Assembly (NCBI RefSeq): GCF_001194135.2
Contig: NC_068984.1
Coordinates: 55,820,346-55,884,345, forward strand
Origin: Octopus bimaculoides
Lineage: Eukaryota
Direction of reading: 5' to 3'
DNA length: 64,000 nucleotides
Shown here: one piece after another, positions 58,111 through 64,000 of the stretch
Layout of the letters: each line of letters opens with the position of its first letter
Numbering within the stretch: position 1 is the first letter of the stretch
The notes under the pieces: generated by a model
Seen by the model: only the letters and a program-made list of their open reading frames with translations
What the model was told of the DNA's origin: nothing
Databases searched by the model: none
Translations under genes and position numbers: made by a program

Positions 58111-59179
58111 AGTTGTTGTTGTTGTTGTTGTCGTCATTATCATTATTATTTGGTTCATACTCCGCCTATCCTGAGGTTGACGTCCTGCATCGTACTAAAT
58201 TAGATATTGGAGTGAAACAGGAAACCCAAAACTGTGCCTAACTTTGGTTATGTGTCGTACTATGCAGTAAATTTTATCGNNNNNNNNNNNNNNNNNNNNN
58301 NNNNNNNNNNNNNNNNNNNNNNNNNNNNNNNNNNNNNNNNNNNNNNNNNNNNNNNNNNNNNNNNNNNNNNNNNNNNNNNNNNNNNNNNNNNNNNNNNNNN
58401 NNNNNNNNNNNNNNNNNNNNNNNNNNNNNNNNNNNNNNNNNNNNNNNNNNNNNNNNNNNNNNNNNNNNNNNNNNNNNNNNNNNNNNNNNNNNNNNNNNNN
58501 NNNNNNNNNNNNNNNNNNNNNNNNNNNNNNNNNNNNNNNNNNNNNNNNNNNNNNNNNNNNNNNNNNNNNNNNNNNNNNNNNNNNNNNNNNNNNNNNNNNN
58601 NNNNNNNNNNNNNNNNNNNNNNNNNNNNNNNNNNNNNNNNNNNNNNNNNNNNNNNNNNNNNNNNNNNNNNNNNNNNNNNNNNNNNNNNNNNNNNNNNNNN
58701 NNNNNNNNNNNNNNNNNNNNNNNNNNNNNNNNNNNNNNNNNNNNNNNNNNNNNNNNNNNNNNNNNNNNNNNNNNNNNNNNNNNNNNNNNNNNNNNNNNNN
58801 NNNNNNNNNNNNNNNNNNNNNNNNNNNNNNNNNNNNNNNNNNNNNNNNNNNNNNNNNNNNNNNNNNNNNNNNNNNNNNNNNNNNNNNNNNNNNNNNNNNN
58901 NNNNNNNNNNNNNNNNNNNNNNNNNNNNNNNNNNNNNNNNNNNNNNNNNNNNNNNNNNNNNNNNNNNNNNNNNNNNNNNNNNNNNNNNNNNNNNNNNNNN
59001 NNNNNNNNNNNNNNNNNNNNNNNNNNNNNNNNNNNNNNNNNNNNNNNNNNNNNNNNNNNNNNNNNNNNNNNNNNNNNNNNNNNNNNNNNNNNNNNNNNNN
59101 NNNNNNNNNNNNNNNNNNNNNNNNNNNNNNNNNNNNNNNNNNNNNNNNNNNNNNNNNNNNNNNNNNNNNNNNNNNNNNN

Positions 59180-59216
<37 letters not shown>

Positions 59217-60327
59217 ATCACTTTACCATTGTCATCTGAGCAAAATAATTTTCGCTGAAGAGATCTAACATGAACGAAATATATTCATTACTTTTCATTA
59301 GTTGGGTTATTTGATCTATCTCACTTGCTTGTTGTTTTGCATTACAAAATGTCCCTTTAGTATTTGTGACTTGTGTAAACCCATGAGGAGTTTATTACAT
59401 TCTGTCATAAATGGTATTGTCGTTTTCAATTAGTATTACTCTATTAAAGATGTCATATTGTATATAAATATTTACATCAAGCTGAAGCCTCATCTTTACG
59501 ATTTAGTACAGTATTTAGAGTATTGATAAACGACATATTTAATGACTTTTTACACGAAATATATTTCCTTTATCTTAATTTATATTACGCTGTGATAAGT
59601 TTTCAGCTTAACATATATAAATACTTCACATTGTGGTTCTTCACCCTTAATTTTATGTATCTCAGTTCAAGCTATGTCAACTACTGTGTCACATAAATTT
59701 AACACAATCACTTTCTTATGAACTAGAAGTGATTAAAAGTAAACCTTTATCAAAAGCTTCCAGAAATACTAGGTCTAAGCAATATTGGATTTAACAAACT
59801 TCTAACTTCGCATGATTATTATATTCTAATATACATTAGTTCTGGCTCTTCTTGCACTGTTTATGTCTTGCTACTTGGATAAGCAATAGGCTTTAAACTG
59901 CTGATAGAATAATATATTGAAAAATGATTACAAGAGAGATAGCAGATTTACTATTAACAGTAGCACTAGCAGTAACAGTCACTATTTTTATTGCGAATAC
60001 ATAGGCAAATACAAACATATTTTTTTAGACAAACTACTTCATTACAGTAAGTTTATATTTGGATATCTCCAACCTAGGAAACAAAATTTTTTTCGGTAGA
60101 ATTGTGTAGTTCAGACAATGTATTATTTGTTTGTTAGAAATAAGTAGTTCAAACAATGCAATTATCTGAAAAGAGAAGTTACTACTCATATTTTCAGTCA
60201 AAGGATAAACTCTTAATTGAACTGCTTAAGGAAGAAGGTTTTTCTTTCATAATACTTAAAGATGGCTAATTTATTAATAATGGACTACATATAATGCTGA
60301 TCTGGTTACATTTTAAGTGTGTTTTAC

Positions 60328-60466
60328 CTGCCGAGCTAATGAAGCTTAAAATCATATTTTCCGTATATCGAACAAAACATGAAAGGTTAGCTATCGATTC
60401 TGACAGTAAGTGACATGTTTGCTGAAAGTCTCGATCATTAGTAATTTCGGAAGCATTAATACCCAT
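60328..60466 (-). CDS. Candidate first coding exon of an unidentified minus-strand multi-exon gene (MGINASEITNDRDF...SFISSA-G)
   Basis: ATG-started open frame ending at donor GCAG|GTAAAA in phase 1, compatible with the next candidate exon. No recognisable homology. Confidence 0.2.
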
Positions 60467-61379
60467 ATTTTCCTTTCTCTCTAATTCTCATGTCATTCTA
60501 GAGCCCTCGTCTCGGTAATTAACCCAAATACATTTTACTTTAAATATGATTATTAATCTTCAACGTAAAACATTGGAGGAACTTTCACTAGCAGAAATCC
60601 ATTTTAAATATTGATATTTTAACGTTTTCTCTTTGTTTCTTTCCTAAATCTTGATCTTTTAAAACTTCAATTTGCAGCAATCGATTATTTTCTGATGGAA
60701 TTAAAAGCAATAGGAAAAGAAAGAGTTGTCTTTTTATTTTTGTTACTCGTTTTGTTTGGTATTCTCTTTTTCAGCTTTTGCAGAAGGAAATGAATACAAA
60801 ATGGACTTAAGTATGTTTTCTAGAACTTTATCTTAGAGCCTATGTGGGGTCATGTCTGAAATTAGAAATAATAGTTTGTTATTCTTTGCTTCAAAACTTA
60901 AGCGGAAGTTATAAATTTTCAAAAGAAGCCAAATAGCACGGTTATGTAATTTGAAGGGAAATTGTTTTGTCAATCAAACTCTACTCTACTGCGTACAATG
61001 TAACAGGATACGCAAGGATTTGTTGACGATGTATAGTAATGTTTGCGTGTGTAGGTGTATGCCTGACGTCTAGATGCACATACATGTATGTATGTATGTA
61101 TGTATGTATGGATGGATGGATGGATGGATGGATGGATGGATGTACATGTATATGTATTATGTTTATGGAGGTATAAATGTAAATGTGTGTGATGTATGTG
61201 TATATGCATGTATGTATGTAAGTACGTAGGTAGGTGAGAAGGGATTACATAAACACAAACATACATCTATNNNNNNNNNNATGCGTACAAACTATGCAAG
61301 AATACTCGAGGAATGATTCCATCAAGACATCAATAAAATGCAAGCTTAACAAGCGAGATATAATTATCTTGGACAGAAA

Positions 61380-61610
61380 ATAAAATCATTGCTCATAGTT
61401 GCCCAGCAGATGACAACATAATGGTAAAAATGAGAAGAAAATATATCTATGCCTTGCGGTTATGGAATCTATTGTTACAACATCTTCGCTATAGATTTAG
61501 ATTTCTACCAATAGTTATTGGAGCACTTGGAGCTGTTAGCAAATGCTTCAGTAGAAACCTTGAAGATGTTTGGGTTTCTAATTTTATGGGTAACTACAAA
61601 TGATTTTTGT
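61380..61610 (+). mobile_element. R4/Dong-like LINE C-terminal fragment
   Basis: RFRFLPIVIGALGAVSKCFSRNLE is the same motif as 35785-36005. Confidence 0.6.
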
Positions 61611-61679
61611 CTTCACTCTCAGTGCGAGAGTTCCTTCGTAAGATAGAGACTGCAATCACATTTGCTTTGTTTAGGGCAT

Positions 61680-62960
61680 AATTTACTAAGATTTTAGAGT
61701 ATTTATGTTTCTCAAAAAGATATTATTAGTTCTACCCGTTCACAATCTGGTCGATTTATGCCCATAACAATTGAACATATACATCTTGCCATAATAAATA
61801 TGATATATCTTTTAATATGCGATGATTAACAAGAGCTAAAATCTATGTAATGATGTGTCTGTGTCCTGGCAGTAGAGGGCAGTAAGAGTCTCATTTTCCT
61901 TAATTACCAAAATATTCAAAAGAGGAGGTTCCTTTTCATTTATTTCTGTAGCAAACTCGATCGATTCACGAAAGCTGATTATTAAATTAAGGAATCTTGT
62001 AAAGGCTTCCTTACTTTTATACCAAAACATGAAACAGTAATCCAGGAATCTTTTCCAGTTCTCTTTTAAATATGATTAATCCCAGAATAGGCATATATAT
62101 TTTCTTCAAGAAATCCCATTACAAGTGTTGCAAACGTGAGTGCAACATTTGTGCCCATTGCCACCCCCTTTTATTTGAAGGTAATATTTGTTAGCAAAGA
62201 GGTTATTTTCTCGCACCAGTCGTTATCCTTCTCATACAAATTCTTTAGACAATCTCTTTTGAATTGTGTGTATTTGTTTATGTGGAATTCTATTACTTCA
62301 AATCCTAATCCATGGTGAGTATTTGTATAGACGCTAATCATCTCGAAATTAACCATGAGTGTCTCTCTATACACTCTTTCTGGAATATCTCTGATGAAAC
62401 TAGGATCAAATTTGCATAATGGTTTCAGAAGTATGTCAATTACATTGTTTACTCATTCCTTACCTGATATTGGTCTTGTAACAGTTGGGTGTAACTTTAA
62501 ATCAGACAGTTTGAGCATCTTCACGTGGCGTATGGAGATTCTTTAAGCAGTTATGGATTTCTTTGAATGCCTGAATTTTTTTGTAATCCATAAAGGTTAC
62601 TTGATTTAACTGAAACTTGATAAGGTTATCGAACTTCATTTCTATCCGTAAATGTATTACTTTTGGATAAGTTGGTTCAGTATTTCCTTGAATCTTAAGT
62701 ATCATGAGTTTTCATTACATTTTCTCTGAAACTACTGTTTCATTAAAGACGTTTCGTTTTGTGAGTGGTTTGTACCCAGTTTTTCTATTTAATTTTTTGA
62801 AGAGGGTTTCCAGTTGTTTGTGTCTAGTACTATTTTTTACGCCGTCTTCGTTGCTATATTGGTTCATTTTTAATAAATTTATTGGTTTCTTTGGTTGGAC
62901 GATCTGTTTTTGCTTTCATCTTCCATTGTTATTGCTTGAAGTGTTTTATGATAGTTGAAT
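61680..62960 (-). mobile_element. Decayed Penelope-like element (RT region)
   Basis: Broken frames read VIDILLKPLCKFDPSFIRD, NFEMISVYTNTHHGLG, KGVAMGTNVALTFATLVMGFLEE and IEFATEINEKEPPLLNILVIK, which follow the Penelope RT motif order (SLYTNIP, GvAMG, FTmE.e...LpFLDv). Confidence 0.8.
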
Positions 62961-63017
62961 TTGCTTTGGCATAAATTACTGAATTTCAGTTCAAATTTTG
63001 ATTATCTCTGCATACGA

Positions 63018-63496
63018 GGAAAACAAGACAAACAACACAAAAAACGACCCTTCATCAGTTGTTGGCTATTTTTCTACTCTCGTAGAAATTTCGAGCATTT
63101 AACAAGATGCGCTTTCGATAAAACAGTTGCTCCCGCAAAGCAAATTAAATAAAATCTGGGATTTTGTGGAGGGTCAAAATTGATAACACAGAGCAGTGAA
63201 AACAAACAGGAAGGGCTGCTAAACGTGTTCTTGTCTGTCTCCAGTCCAAGCTTGATTTACGCGTTCGCCACCACAACCTCGTTTAGGTTTAGCAGCCCTT
63301 CCTGTTTGTTTTCACTGTCCTGTTTGTGTTATCAATTTTGACCCTCCGCAAAATCCAAAATTTTATTTAATTTGCTTTGCGGGAGCAACTGTTTTATCGA
63401 AAGCGTATCTTGTTGTTAAATGCTCGAAATACGAGAGTAGAAAAACAACCAACAACTGATGAAGTGCCGTTTTTTGTGTTGTTTGTCTTGTTTTCC
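63018..63496. repeat. Inverted repeat, ~207-bp arms (63018-63224 / 63287-63496), upstream of the Penelope-like element
   Basis: Arms are reverse complements with scattered substitutions and small indels. Loop ~62 nt. Confidence 0.95.
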
Positions 63497-63852
63497 ATTT
63501 CTGTCTTTCGTTGTTCGAAAAATAGTTCATATTCCATGTACTGGCAGTTCGTATTTTTTGTTGTACACGTTTCGTGACATCCTGTGCCCACATATGCATA
63601 TATATATATATATATATATATACACGTATGGCTGTAAGTATGTNNNNNNNNNNCACATATGCATATATATATATATATATATATATACACGTATGGCTGT
63701 AAGTATGTACATATACGTATGTATATATGCATATATATATTATTTATATCATTATATGATTGAACGCCACACATCCACTTCCATCTATATCTATATCATA
63801 TACACACACACATATATGTGTATATATGTATTTATGTATGTATGTATGTATG

Positions 63853-63883
<31 letters not shown>

Positions 63884-64000
63884 TGGGACAGAGAGAAATA
63901 TTGCCTCTGTCCGTTTTCCATTTTGTTAAAAATTTCATTTGTTTTTACTATTGTAATTTAAAAAGTGCATCCCATGTTTTTCTTTGAATTATGTTTATTT

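Noticed and set aside
59245-59285. CTGAAGAG...CGAAA hammerhead-like spacing
   Set aside because: Stem II cannot pair and there is no stem I complementarity.
63588-63715. Direct duplication flanking a 10-N gap (also seen around 21142-21232)
   Set aside because: Unmerged contig overlaps on either side of a gap, not biological.

Overview
AT-rich, microsatellite-dense metazoan genomic DNA from a gapped short-read assembly, with N-runs mostly at (AT)n tracts. The SINE families, recognised from memory and not by database search, suggest a coleoid cephalopod, most likely Octopus. Most of the ORF track is microsatellite or N artefact. What can be supported: (1) many decayed transposons, namely Tc1/mariner DD37D-type (maT), DD41D-type (rosa) and mariner-type fragments, R4/Dong-type, RTE and CR1/Jockey-type LINE fragments, a Penelope-like element, and at least three tRNA-derived SINE families; (2) four long intramolecular inverted repeats (16.2, 19.5, 25.1 and 63.0 kb); (3) a minimal type-I hammerhead-ribozyme-like motif plus degenerate relatives; (4) several local duplications. 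No host gene is recognisable with certainty. A phase-consistent chain of ten small minus-strand exons with canonical splice sites can be threaded across the whole window, but competing plus-strand candidates exist, so this model is a hypothesis. I found no clearly novel biological system. The best leads are the unidentified minus-strand gene model, the Penelope/hammerhead/foldback structures and the palindromic rosa derivative.
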